Positions 9,628 to 18,289 of a DNA stretch of 64,000 nt are shown here, one piece after another. The stretch lies in contig OY969934.1 of NCBI GenBank assembly GCA_963704725.1, positions 704,001 to 768,000 on the forward strand, in the 5' to 3' direction. A program made the position numbers and the translations under genes. A model generated the notes under the pieces. That model did no database searches, was not told the DNA's origin, and was given only the letters and a program-made list of their open reading frames with translations. How positions within the stretch are numbered: the first letter of the stretch is position 1; each line of letters begins with the position of its first letter. This DNA is from an uncultured Actinomycetes bacterium (lineage in GTDB: Bacteria > Actinomycetota > UBA4738 > HRBIN12).

Positions 9628-10014
9628 TCACCAGATCGTGCCGGCCCGGTCGTACGCGCGGATCCGACGGTCGCGCGTCACCAACGGGGCGTGCTCGGAG
9701 AGCGCCGAGGCGTAGATGAGCCGGTCGGCGGGGTCGCCGGGGAACGCCTCCTCGAGCAGTCCGGCTCGCAGCGCTCGCTCCGAGGTGAGCTCGAGCTCTT
9801 CGCACCGGTCGAGGGCCAGGGCCTGCCGGATCCAGCGATGGACGTCGCGGTCGAGCTGGATCCTGCCGCGGCGAGCGAGCATCGCGACCTCCCAGCAGCT
9901 GATCGCGCACACGCAGATCCGGTCGGCCCGATCGATCGCCTCGCGCGCCCGTCGCGACAGCCGGCTCGGCTCGGAGACCCACCAGAGCCAGATGTGGGTG
10001 TCGAGAACGATCAG
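9628..10014 (-). CDS. vapC: VapC family PIN toxin, probable CTG start
   Basis: IVLDTHIWLW, SCWEVAML, DPADRLIYA, LVTRD; N-terminal motif starts at a CTG overlapping the antitoxin TGA. Confidence 0.85.
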   Translation of the reverse strand: MIVLDTHIWLWWVSEPSRLSRRAREAIDRADRICVCAISCWEVAMLARRGRIQLDRDVHRWIRQALALDRCEELELTSERALRAGLLEEAFPGDPADRLIYASALSEHAPLVTRDRRIRAYDRAGTIW

Positions 10015-10241
10015 GAGACCTCGGCCTCCCAGTCGGTCTCGATCGGGGCGACGAGCTCATCGTCGGAGGCGATGAAGGTGACGCTGCCGTTCAGGCTGGG
10101 TGGTTCCTCGACCGGGACGACTCGCGCGATCGGCCGGCCCCTCTTGGTCACGATGAGCTCCTCGCCGGTCTCGGCCACCTTGTCGAGGAGGCCGAGGCAC
10201 TCCGCTTTGAACTTGCTGATGGCGATGGATCGTTGGGCCAC
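10011..10241 (-). CDS. Phd/YefM family antitoxin
   Basis: ISKFKAECLGLLDKV.ETGE...VTKRGRPIARVVP. Confidence 0.9.
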   Translation of the reverse strand: MAQRSIAISKFKAECLGLLDKVAETGEELIVTKRGRPIARVVPVEEPPSLNGSVTFIASDDELVAPIETDWEAEVS

Positions 10242-10260
10242 TCGGGGCTCCTCGCTGTTG

Positions 10261-10286
10261 TGACTATGGTCAGAATACCATGGTCA
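10261..10286 (-). promoter_or_regulatory. Tandem TA operator sites
   Basis: TGACTATGGTCA (10261-10272) and ATACCATGGTCA (10275-10286), near-palindromic, upstream of the antitoxin. Confidence 0.55.
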
Positions 10287-10287
10287 G

Positions 10288-10755
10288 TTACTCGTCCCGC
10301 GGTCCCTCGAACGGCGTGGGCTCTCGGAGGATCTCGAGGTCGGCGAGGCCGTCGTCCGGGTTGCGGTGGAGCGTGCCGAGGAGCGCGAACCCGAGGTCCC
10401 GGATCGCGAGGTGATCGGGCCTCGGTGTGTCGGGGCGCCGGAGGCCGAGGACGATCTGGAGCCCGGCGGCATCGGCGACCCGCAGGAGCGTCCGGATCGT
10501 CGGGAGGCGATTGCCGGTCTCGATGGTCGCGAGCGTCGATTGGGAGGTGCCGATCGTGGCGGCGAGCCGGCGTTGGGACAGGCCACTGAGCTCGCGGGCG
10601 ACGAGGACGAGATAGCCGGCGCCGAGCGACTGGGGTGTCGTCGGTGGGGGAGGCTCCGGCGGCGAGGTGATCTCGATTTCGAGATCACCTCGTTCGCGGA
10701 CGTCCCCGCCCTCCACCGGCCGAACCCTACGCGCCGCCACCGACGCTGTGCTCAC
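10288..10755 (-). CDS. XRE-family helix-turn-helix protein (start uncertain)
   Basis: ARELSGLSQRRLA..IGTSQSTLATIETG...PTIRTL. Confidence 0.75.
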   Translation of the reverse strand: MSTASVAARRVRPVEGGDVRERGDLEIEITSPPEPPPPTTPQSLGAGYLVLVARELSGLSQRRLAATIGTSQSTLATIETGNRLPTIRTLLRVADAAGLQIVLGLRRPDTPRPDHLAIRDLGFALLGTLHRNPDDGLADLEILREPTPFEGPRDE

Positions 10756-10793
10756 CCAGCTGAGCCGTCACCGCCCTGCGCTACGGTCCCACC

Positions 10794-12863
10794 GTGAGCT
10801 CCGAGACCACCGAGCGGGCCACGCGGCTCCTCGAGGCGATCGCGGGGCCCGGCTCCCGACCGCGACCGGGCCAGCTCGAGGCGATCGAGGCGGTCGCCGG
10901 CCGCCGTGGCCGCGTGCTCCTCGTCCAGCGGACCGGGTGGGGCAAGAGCGCCGTGTACTTCGTCGCCACGCGGCTCCTCCGTGACGCCGGCGCCGGGCCG
11001 ACGTTGCTCGTATCCCCGCTCCTGGCCCTGATGCGGAACCAGATCGAGATGGCGAACCGAGCGGGAGTGGTGGCCGAGACCATCAACAGCTCGAATCGCG
11101 AGGAGTGGGAGCGGGTCCGCGGCGCGCTCGAGGACGGCCGCGTCGACCTTCTCCTCGTCTCGCCCGAGCGGTTCAACAACCTCGAGTTCCGCGACGACGT
11201 GCTTCCCGCGCTGGCCGGCGCCACCGGGCTGCTCGTGGTGGACGAGGCCCACTGCATCAGCGACTGGGGGCACGATTTCCGGCCCGACTACCGGCGGCTG
11301 GTACGGGTCCTCGACCTTCTTCCGCGCGGCGTCCCGATCCTGTGCACGACGGCGACCGCGAACGACCGCGTCATCGCCGACGTCACCGAGCAGCTCGGCA
11401 GCGACCTGGAGACGTTCCGCGGCACCCTGGAGCGGGAGAGCCTCGCGCTGTCCGTCGTCGACCTGCCCTCGCAGCCGGACCGCCTGGCGTGGCTCGCCCG
11501 GAACGTCCCCGCGTTCGTCGGGAGCGGGATCGTCTACTGCCTCACGATCCGCGACACGGAGCGCGTGGCCGAATGGCTCACATCCCAGGGCATCCATGCC
11601 GTCGCGTACAGCGGCGGGACCGAGAACGAGGAGCGCGAGCGGGTCGAGGCCGACCTGCTCGCGAACCGCGTGAAGGTCGTCGTCGCCACGTCGGCGCTCG
11701 GCATGGGGTTCGACAAGCCCGACCTCGCCTTCGTCGTGCACTTCCAGTCGCCGGGCTCGCCGATCGCCTACTACCAGCAGGTCGGCCGGGCGGGCCGCGC
11801 CCTCGACCACGCGCCGGCGGTGCTCCTGCGAGGCAACGAGGACCGGGACATCCAGGACTACTTCATCCGGACCGCGTTCTCCCCGCGGCGGCAGGCGGAG
11901 CAGGTGATCGAGCTGCTCGCCGAGCACGCGCGTCCGATGACCGTCGCAGAGATCCTCGCGCACGTGAACGTCCGTCGGTCCCGACTCGAGGCGATGCTCA
12001 AGATCCTCGAGGTCGAGGGGGCGATCGCCCGCCGGGACCGAGGGTGGATCCGCACGCTCCAGCCGTGGACCTACGACGCCGCGCGCGTCGAGGCGGTCAC
12101 GGCCACGCGACGGGCCGAGCAGGCCGCGATGGAGGAGTACGCGACCACGCCGGGATGCCTGATGGAGTTCCTCCGGCGGGAGCTCGACGACCCGGGCGCC
12201 GAGCCCTGCGGGCGATGCGCGAACTGCACTCGAGTGCCGCCGCCGTCGGCGGTCGATCCGGAGCTCGCCGAGGCCGGTCGCGGGTACCTGCGCTCGAGAT
12301 CGATCGCGGTCGAGCCGAGGAAGATGTGGCCCACCGGCCTGGACGACCTCCGCGGCCGGATCCCGGCGGAGTCGCTCCTCGAGCCGGGGCGGGCGCTCTG
12401 CGTCTACAACGACGGAGGGTGGGGCGAGCTCGTGCGCGAGTCGAAGCTGCACGGGACGGCCTTCCCGGACGAGCTCGTCGAGGCGTCGGCCCGGCTGATC
12501 ACGCGCGTGTGGCGACCGGACCCGGCGCCGGAGTGGGTGACGGCGGTGCCGTCGCAGCTCCACCCGGAGCTCGTGCCGGGGTTCGCCGAGCGCCTGGCCG
12601 GCGCGCTCGGGCTGCCGTTCGTCCTGCCGGCGCGCAAGGCTCGCGAGACCGCCCCGCAGAAGGAGATGGAGAACAGCGCCCAGCAGCTCCTGAACATCCT
12701 CGATGAGTTCGAGGTCGCGAGTCGCGTGCCGTCGGGACCGGTCCTGCTCGTCGACGACATCCGCGACTCGGGATGGACGCTGACCGTGCTCGGCCGGCAG
12801 CTGCTCGAGGCCGGGAGCGGGCCCGTGTACCCGTTCGTGCTCGCCGTCGCGGTGAGCGCATGA
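10794..12863 (+). CDS. RecQ-like DEAH helicase with C-terminal PRTase-like domain (RqlH-type)
   Basis: QRTGWGKS, DEAHCISDWGHDFRPDY, TATA, QQVGRAGR, Zn CGRCANC, C-terminal VLLVDDIRDSGWTL. Confidence 0.9.
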   Translation: MSSETTERATRLLEAIAGPGSRPRPGQLEAIEAVAGRRGRVLLVQRTGWGKSAVYFVATRLLRDAGAGPTLLVSPLLALMRNQIEMANRAGVVAETINSSNREEWERVRGALEDGRVDLLLVSPERFNNLEFRDDVLPALAGATGLLVVDEAHCISDWGHDFRPDYRRLVRVLDLLPRGVPILCTTATANDRVIADVTEQLGSDLETFRGTLERESLALSVVDLPSQPDRLAWLARNVPAFVGSGIVYCLTIRDTERVAEWLTSQGIHAVAYSGGTENEERERVEADLLANRVKVVVATSALGMGFDKPDLAFVVHFQSPGSPIAYYQQVGRAGRALDHAPAVLLRGNEDRDIQDYFIRTAFSPRRQAEQVIELLAEHARPMTVAEILAHVNVRRSRLEAMLKILEVEGAIARRDRGWIRTLQPWTYDAARVEAVTATRRAEQAAMEEYATTPGCLMEFLRRELDDPGAEPCGRCANCTRVPPPSAVDPELAEAGRGYLRSRSIAVEPRKMWPTGLDDLRGRIPAESLLEPGRALCVYNDGGWGELVRESKLHGTAFPDELVEASARLITRVWRPDPAPEWVTAVPSQLHPELVPGFAERLAGALGLPFVLPARKARETAPQKEMENSAQQLLNILDEFEVASRVPSGPVLLVDDIRDSGWTLTVLGRQLLEAGSGPVYPFVLAVAVSA

Positions 12864-12884
12864 GCCGCGTAGGGTGGTGATCGG

Positions 12885-13832
12885 ATGGCCCGACGACGCG
12901 ACGACGCGCTCGCCTCGCTCCTCCTCACGAACCGGCTGACCGAGACGGCGGCGAAGCCGCTCGCCGCGGGGGAGTTCTGGTCCCTGGTCCGGACGGTCGA
13001 GGACCCGGCCCGGCTGCTCGGCCTGGATGCGGCGGGCGTCGCACAGGCCGTGGGATCCACCGTCGCGGAGGCCGAGCGCGTGACGTCGCTGCTCGAGGCG
13101 GGTGCGGCGCTCGCGTTCGAGCTCGAGCGGCTCGAGCAGGAGGGGTTCCGCGTCCTGTCGCCGTTCGACGACGGGTACCCGGAGCGGCTCGTGACGCGGC
13201 TCGGAGACGCGGCGCCGCCGGTCCTCGTCGTGGCAGGTCCGACGTCGCTGCTCGAGCAGGACGGGATCGGGATCGTCGGTTCCCGCGACGTCACACCCGA
13301 AGGCGTCGCGGTCGCCCGCGGCGCGGCGGAGCTCGCGGTGGCCAACGGCCTCGCCGTCGTCTCCGGGGGCGCCCGCGGGGTCGACCAGCAGGCGATGGCC
13401 GCCGCGTACCAAGCGGGCGGGACAGTGGTGGGGGTCCTCGCCGAGTCGCTCCTGCGCCGGGTCCGCGACCCGGAGACCCGGAGGGCGATCGGCGAGGGGT
13501 CCGCGTGCCTCCTCACGCCGTACAAGCCCGACGCCGGGTTCAGCGTCGCGAACGCGATGGGGCGGAACAAGCTGGTCTACGCACTGTCCCGCGTGACGCT
13601 CGTCGTGGCGAGCGACCTCGAGAGCGGCGGGACGTGGGAGGGCGCGAAGGAATCGCTCTCGCGGGGCTACGGCGCCGTCGCGGTGTGGCGCGGAAGCGGG
13701 GCCGGCGCGGGCAACGAGGCGCTGGTCCGACTCGGAGCGACGCCCATCGAAGACGTGGACGAGCTCCCGGCCCTGGAAGCGCGCGAGTCCGAGCCGGTGG
13801 GTGGCACCGAGCAGCTGAAGCTCGGGATGTGA
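12885..13832 (+). CDS. DprA/Smf-like protein (RqlI-type)
   Basis: YPERL, IGIVGSR, VVSGGARGVD, GF....AMGRNKLVYALS, GGTWEGA. Confidence 0.88.
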   Translation: MARRRDDALASLLLTNRLTETAAKPLAAGEFWSLVRTVEDPARLLGLDAAGVAQAVGSTVAEAERVTSLLEAGAALAFELERLEQEGFRVLSPFDDGYPERLVTRLGDAAPPVLVVAGPTSLLEQDGIGIVGSRDVTPEGVAVARGAAELAVANGLAVVSGGARGVDQQAMAAAYQAGGTVVGVLAESLLRRVRDPETRRAIGEGSACLLTPYKPDAGFSVANAMGRNKLVYALSRVTLVVASDLESGGTWEGAKESLSRGYGAVAVWRGSGAGAGNEALVRLGATPIEDVDELPALEARESEPVGGTEQLKLGM

Positions 13833-13944
13833 TCTCGCCGGCGGGCCCTGGGTCGGCCGGAGCGTGGCCTCGTGCGAGCCGATCCTCGCCGCTGCGCGCG
13901 CCCGATCGACGTGAGTCGTCGCTCTGCCTCCGTACACTCGGCGC

Positions 13945-14952
13945 GTGCGATTCGGCTACGGTCTGATCACCTGCCAGCGATACCCCGGCGACCCGCGGAC
14001 GGACGCGGATCTGTACCGGGAAGCTCTGGAGCTGGCGGAGGAAGTGGAGCGCTTGGGCTTCGACTCCGTGTGGACCAGCGAGCATCACTTCGCGGACGAC
14101 GCCTACGCACCCTCGCTGCTCACGCTCACGGCTGCCATCGCCGCCCGGACCCGTTCCATCCTGCTCGGGACGGGGCTGCTCCTGGCGCCGCTCTACCCGC
14201 CGCTTCGATTGGCGGAGGACGCAGCGGTGGTGGACCTGCTGTCCGAGGGGCGGTTCATCCTCGGCCTCGGACTCGGGTGGCTCGACTGGGAGTTCGACGC
14301 GCTCGGCGTTCCGTTCGGGGAGCGGGCGAGCCTGACCGAGGAGGCCATCAGGGTCTGCCGTCAGGGCTGGGGCGACGGGCTCGTCGAGGGCCCCGGCGTG
14401 GCGGTGCACCCCAAGCCGATGCGGCCGGGCGGGCCGCCCATCTGGTTGGGCGCCCACGCTGAGCGAGCCGTCCGCCGGGCCGCTCGGCTGGCCGACGGCT
14501 GGATGGCCGGGGAGCCCGACCTCGACGGATTCGCGCTCCGCTTGGCGTGGCTACGTGACGAGGCGACCCGGGCGGGACGTCGGGCCGATGCACTGGAGGT
14601 CGCCGGGTACTGGCCGGTATTCGTGTGGGAGGAGGGCGACGCCTGGGAGCGCGTGCGCCCGTACCACCACTACGTCGACTGGAGGTACGACGACGCCGAG
14701 GGAGCCCGCGGGCGCTTGGGCCCGATCCCGAGCCCGCCGCCGCTCGACGCGGAGAGCGAGGCCGCCCTCCGCGCGACGATGATCTGCGGGTCGCCCAACG
14801 AGGTGGTCGCGCGGATCGCCGAGTACGCCGAGGCGGCCGGACCCGGCTTCCACTTCGTGGCCCGTCTGTACTACCCGGGGATGGACCCAGCCACGATGCG
14901 CGAGTCCACGCGCTTGTTCGCCGAGAAGGTTATCCCGGCACTGCGCGGCTGA
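13945..14952 (+). CDS. LLM-class flavin/F420-dependent oxidoreductase
   Basis: GFDSVWTSEHHF, P.RLAED.A.VD.LSEGRFILGLG.G, PPIWLG, RAARLADGW. Confidence 0.88.
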   Translation: MRFGYGLITCQRYPGDPRTDADLYREALELAEEVERLGFDSVWTSEHHFADDAYAPSLLTLTAAIAARTRSILLGTGLLLAPLYPPLRLAEDAAVVDLLSEGRFILGLGLGWLDWEFDALGVPFGERASLTEEAIRVCRQGWGDGLVEGPGVAVHPKPMRPGGPPIWLGAHAERAVRRAARLADGWMAGEPDLDGFALRLAWLRDEATRAGRRADALEVAGYWPVFVWEEGDAWERVRPYHHYVDWRYDDAEGARGRLGPIPSPPPLDAESEAALRATMICGSPNEVVARIAEYAEAAGPGFHFVARLYYPGMDPATMRESTRLFAEKVIPALRG

Positions 14953-15063
14953 GCGGTCGGACCTCGCCCGGATCGGTCTCGGTTCGGCGGAGCTGGTGAC
15001 ACAGTCGGACCCCATCCCCCAGTAGGGCGCGGTCTTCACCCCCGGCCTGTACGTGGAGCCGAA

Positions 15064-15120
15064 GCCGCGGATCGAGATGGTGAGAGGTCTGGATGATGGC
15101 GGCCTCTCACGCCCCGGCGC
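15064..15120 (+). repeat. Cassette-boundary hairpin site 1 (attC-like)
   Basis: GTGAGAGG (15080-87) pairs with CCTCTCAC (15103-10); outer GCCGCGG/CCCCGGC; right arm ends CACGCCCCGGCGC. Confidence 0.6.
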
Positions 15121-15162
15121 CTGATCCCTCGCATCCCCGACTTCCCAACGCGACAATGGGGC

Positions 15163-15561
15163 ATGGTGACTCGCCGACTAGAAGTGGGCGACCGCGTGGT
15201 GGTCTATGGCGGCTACGATCCGGAGCCCGAGTGGCTGGTCGCGAACCCGGCTGGCTATGTTGGTCGCGTCGTTGAGTTCCTTCCCGGTCAGAACCTGAAC
15301 CTCGCGCCGCTGATCGAACTCGACGACCAGCTCGTGCTCCCCGCCGGAGCTGGGGCCGCGCGAGGAACGGAGGTTCGTGGGCTGTTCCTCGTCCTTGAGC
15401 TCGCGCATCGAGGCACAGACTGGTCCACCCCGACTCCCCGCATCCACGTGGAGCTCTGTGACTTCCGCCCCGAGCCCAAAGCGTGGCCAGATCGTCGCCA
15501 AGGCGCTCGGGTCGAGTCCCACGCGACTTACCGGGTGATCGGGACCGAGAAGGGCCGATAA
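15163..15561 (+). CDS. Hypothetical protein (putative cassette gene)
   Basis: 132-aa ORF with atypical codon usage, bounded by boundary motifs. Confidence 0.65.
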   Translation: MVTRRLEVGDRVVVYGGYDPEPEWLVANPAGYVGRVVEFLPGQNLNLAPLIELDDQLVLPAGAGAARGTEVRGLFLVLELAHRGTDWSTPTPRIHVELCDFRPEPKAWPDRRQGARVESHATYRVIGTEKGR

Positions 15562-15576
15562 GTACCCGCGCCCCGG
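15531..15576 (+). repeat. Cassette-boundary hairpin site 2 (attC-like)
   Basis: Left CCGGG-TGAT-CGGGAC pairs with right GTACCCGCGCCCCGG (13/15 to consensus). Confidence 0.6.
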
Positions 15577-15642
15577 GTGCGAGGCCCCGAGTAGGTATCT
15601 AGAGTCGTGCAGGCGCAGATGACGAGATGACTGGGGACGCAG

Positions 15643-15888
15643 GTGACCGACGAGCCTGAAGTGCTTGACGGACTGGAGGCCCAACGAAAGGCAGCCGGCT
15701 TGCAGGAGCTCGTGTCAAATGAGTACGACTGGACTGCGCTCTACCGCGATCCCGTTTCCGGAACGCTCTGGAAGGAGTCATACCCGTCGCCCGAAACACA
15801 CGGTGGGGGACCGCCTCGACTCGAGATGATCGATCGCCGTCGAGCCCTCTTGGAGTTCGACCTGACAGAGGGCGACCTGGACGAATGA
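15643..15888 (+). CDS. Imm27-like immunity protein
   Basis: W..LYRDP..G.LW...YP..E.HGGGPPRL signature as recalled for Imm27. Confidence 0.7.
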   Translation: MTDEPEVLDGLEAQRKAAGLQELVSNEYDWTALYRDPVSGTLWKESYPSPETHGGGPPRLEMIDRRRALLEFDLTEGDLDE

Positions 15889-15896
15889 GTGAGGTT

Positions 15897-15940
15897 CCGG
15901 GGGTTCGCGTGACGTCACAAATGTCCACGCGCCCCGGCGC
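15897..15940 (+). repeat. Cassette-boundary hairpin site 3 (attC-like)
   Basis: CCGGGG(gtt)CGCGT-GAC / GTC-[C]-ACGCG-CCCCGG; contains exact TGTCCACGCGCCCCGGCGC at 15922-15940. Confidence 0.75.
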
Positions 15941-15973
15941 ACGCAGCCGCAGACGCTGGACCCTATCCTCACG

Positions 15974-16369
15974 ATGATGACTTCAAGGCCGACCGACCGG
16001 CGGAATGTGACTTGGTTCATCGCCTGGATGCTCACGGGTGCCGGTTATGCCCTTGGAATCCTGGGCGCGCTCTCCATCGGTCCCTATGTCCTGGTCATCA
16101 CGGTGGCAGCCACCATCGTTCTTGCTACCCGCAGGGGATCCAAGGTGGGGCTACCCGGCCTGGTTTCCGGTCTCGGACTCCCACTGTTCTACGTTGCGTT
16201 CTTGAACCGATCAGGGCCTGGAACGGTCTGCACCTCTACCGGTACGAGCCAATCCTGCGTGGATGAATGGAGCCCATGGCCGTGGCTCGCGATCGGGATT
16301 GTGCTGCTGGTGAGCGGGTACGTGTGGTTCGCGAGGACCCACCGGCGTACAGGTGCCGCCGCCCCATGA
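15974..16369 (+). CDS. Hypothetical membrane protein (putative cassette gene)
   Basis: About four hydrophobic segments; loop GPG.VC.......C..WSPWPW. Confidence 0.7.
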   Translation: MMTSRPTDRRNVTWFIAWMLTGAGYALGILGALSIGPYVLVITVAATIVLATRRGSKVGLPGLVSGLGLPLFYVAFLNRSGPGTVCTSTGTSQSCVDEWSPWPWLAIGIVLLVSGYVWFARTHRRTGAAAP

Positions 16370-16402
16370 CCATGACGCTCTGGGTCACGGTGCTTGAATA
16401 GA

Positions 16403-16466
16403 CCCTGGGCTCTCGCGGGCATGTCCGAGAGACTGTCGGGCTCCAAGAACATTGCCCACGCTCGGG
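16403..16466 (+). repeat. Cassette-boundary hairpin site 4 (diverged)
   Basis: CGCGGGCATGT (16414-24) pairs with ACATTGCCCACG (16449-60); outer CCTGGG/CTCGGG. Confidence 0.45.
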
Positions 16467-16497
16467 CATCCCAGCGACCTCGACCTAGAGTTGAACT

Positions 16498-16752
16498 ATG
16501 TCTACGGACAGCTACGGCAACCAGATCGTTCGCTACACGGTCCGGATGCAGCTGGAACCTGAGGGCCGGATGGTCGAGTACAGGGCGGTCACCTCTCTCG
16601 GGGAGCTGAAGGCAGCGGCGATGGCGGCGTTGCGACTGCGGTCGGAGGACCCGGAAGCACGATTCGCGTCCATCGAGATCGTGAACACGGAGACCAAGTA
16701 CACGATCGATCCGGAGCGCGACTTGCTCGACTACTTGGGAGGCGTCGACTGA
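16498..16752 (+). CDS. Hypothetical protein (putative cassette gene)
   Basis: 84-aa ATG ORF between boundary motifs. Confidence 0.6.
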   Translation: MSTDSYGNQIVRYTVRMQLEPEGRMVEYRAVTSLGELKAAAMAALRLRSEDPEARFASIEIVNTETKYTIDPERDLLDYLGGVD

Positions 16753-16753
16753 C

Positions 16754-16776
16754 CCCTGACCCCCGGAGGGTCGGGG
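16754..16776 (+). terminator. GC-rich hairpin, possible terminator
   Basis: CCCTGACCC-ccgga-GGGTCGGGG directly after the stop; no U-tract. Confidence 0.35.
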
Positions 16777-16848
16777 TACATCGGCGAACGCTCGCGCACC
16801 ACGGCGTGCCCTTCCTGGACGGCTCGTAGTGTCCACGCGCCCCGGCGC
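16771..16848 (+). repeat. Cassette-boundary site 5
   Basis: Exact TGTCCACGCGCCCCGGCGC at 16830-16848, identical to site 3; left arm degenerate. Confidence 0.7.
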
Positions 16849-17026
16849 GGGAGGCTTCCACCGTCCCCGACTGACTTCTGGCTCGGTGTACGCAGATGAC
16901 GAGATGACGGCGGATCGAAAAGGTTGGGGATTCTGATGGTCCTGATCCCGAGGAGTCGCGTGGCCCCTGCATCGACCGGCCGCGCGGAGGAACAGTGGCA
17001 CCGGAACGGAGAGGAGATGAACATCC

Positions 17027-17788
17027 ATGCCGGTTCCTGATCCCTCATTCGGTTGGCAGGATGCCACCGCTGCCTTCGCCGTCGTCGCGGTCGTGGCGTT
17101 CCTGGTGACCTGGGTCGTGACGGACCTCGGTCACGTGTCGCGGACTCCCTACGTGGCGATCCTCACACTGACGACGCTCGCCCTTGCGGCTGGCTACCTC
17201 GCTTGGTCGGGCACGTCCGTGGCCGAGCTCGTAACGGCGGGGTGGGTCTGGGGCATCCTCGGGGGTCTGGTCGCAGCTGCGCTGGTCATTCCCCTGGTCC
17301 GTCGGCTGCCCTCAGGACCTCGCCCTGAAGGTTCTCAGCTCGTTGGACGGTTCCTCTGGGAAGGGGGCGTGTACGGCTTCGCGGAAGGAGTCCTACTCGC
17401 AACCCTGCCGGTCCTGGCTGTCTGGCAGGCAACCGACGCGCTCGGCTGGACGGATACCACATGGGCAAAGGTCGGCTCGGGCGCACTCGCGGCGGTCGGA
17501 GCGTTGTTCGTGATCTTGGTCCACCACCTCGGATACCGTGAGTTCCGGGCGAGGGCCGCAAGGAAGATGCTTCGGGGTGCGCTGGTTGCTTGCGGCATCC
17601 AGGCGTTGGCGTTCCTTCTGACGGGAAACGTGCTCGCTCCGGTCGTCGCCCACATCGTGCTCCACGGGGAGCTGACACTCCGCGGCATCGAGATGCCTCC
17701 CACGTCGCATCCGGAGCCGGTTTCCAGTGGCGCAGGCCGCGCGCGGGTCACCAAGGTCCCCGCACCGGAGAAGGAGTCAGTCGCGTAG
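17027..17788 (+). CDS. Multi-pass membrane protein, possibly CPBP-like (putative cassette gene)
   Basis: About seven hydrophobic segments, YGFAEG, HHLGY, AHIVLHG; GAGGAG upstream. Confidence 0.65.
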   Translation: MPVPDPSFGWQDATAAFAVVAVVAFLVTWVVTDLGHVSRTPYVAILTLTTLALAAGYLAWSGTSVAELVTAGWVWGILGGLVAAALVIPLVRRLPSGPRPEGSQLVGRFLWEGGVYGFAEGVLLATLPVLAVWQATDALGWTDTTWAKVGSGALAAVGALFVILVHHLGYREFRARAARKMLRGALVACGIQALAFLLTGNVLAPVVAHIVLHGELTLRGIEMPPTSHPEPVSSGAGRARVTKVPAPEKESVA

Positions 17789-17806
17789 GGAAGTCATAGA
17801 ACCCGC

Positions 17807-17844
17807 ATGCGTCAGTGGGTGAAACTCTGCACGCATCCCGGCGC
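17807..17844 (+). repeat. Cassette-boundary hairpin site 6 (attC-like)
   Basis: ATGCGT-CAG / CTG-[C]-ACGCAT-CCCGGCGC; 15/19 to consensus with compensatory changes. Confidence 0.7.
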
Positions 17845-17944
17845 CGTTGGCGGCGACGGAGGTATATGAACTGGTGTCGAAGATCACCTCGCCCTGGGTT
17901 GAAGGTCGAACGTTCGGCCCTGGAAGTACCGAGAGGAGAACACG

Positions 17945-18289
17945 GTGAGCAACGAACAGGCGGCACCTGAGACCAAGGGTGTTGCGGTGGAGTTCCTTGC
18001 AGCGGTTGACCTTGGGCCTGAGATCGAGGGCATGGCAGGGCGCCAACTTCGGATGCGTACGGTGACCATCGAGGCTGGAGGCGTCTTCGGCCCCATCCAC
18101 GACCATGAAGGCAGACCGGGCCTCGTCTACATTCTGCAGGGAACGATCACCGACCATCGAGATGGAGGCGCGACGGACTATGGGCCGGGAGTGGGCTGGC
18201 CCGAGGATAGGAACACCACACACTGGCTCGAGAACAGAGGAACGACTCCGGCGGTGGAGATCTCGGTCGACATCGTCGGGCAAGAGTGA
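17945..18289 (+). CDS. Cupin domain protein (putative cassette gene)
   Basis: HDHEGRPGLVYILQGTI, HWLENRG; GAGGAG RBS. Confidence 0.85.
   Translation: MSNEQAAPETKGVAVEFLAAVDLGPEIEGMAGRQLRMRTVTIEAGGVFGPIHDHEGRPGLVYILQGTITDHRDGGATDYGPGVGWPEDRNTTHWLENRGTTPAVEISVDIVGQE

Noticed and set aside
14953-15063. Possible gene remnant before the first cassette site
   Set aside because: No recognisable motif or start; cannot be supported without a search
15897-15940. Canonical attC site or tRNA-derived att site
   Set aside because: No RYYYAAC/GTTRRRY pair, and no T-loop (TTCGAA) or cloverleaf adjoins the motif
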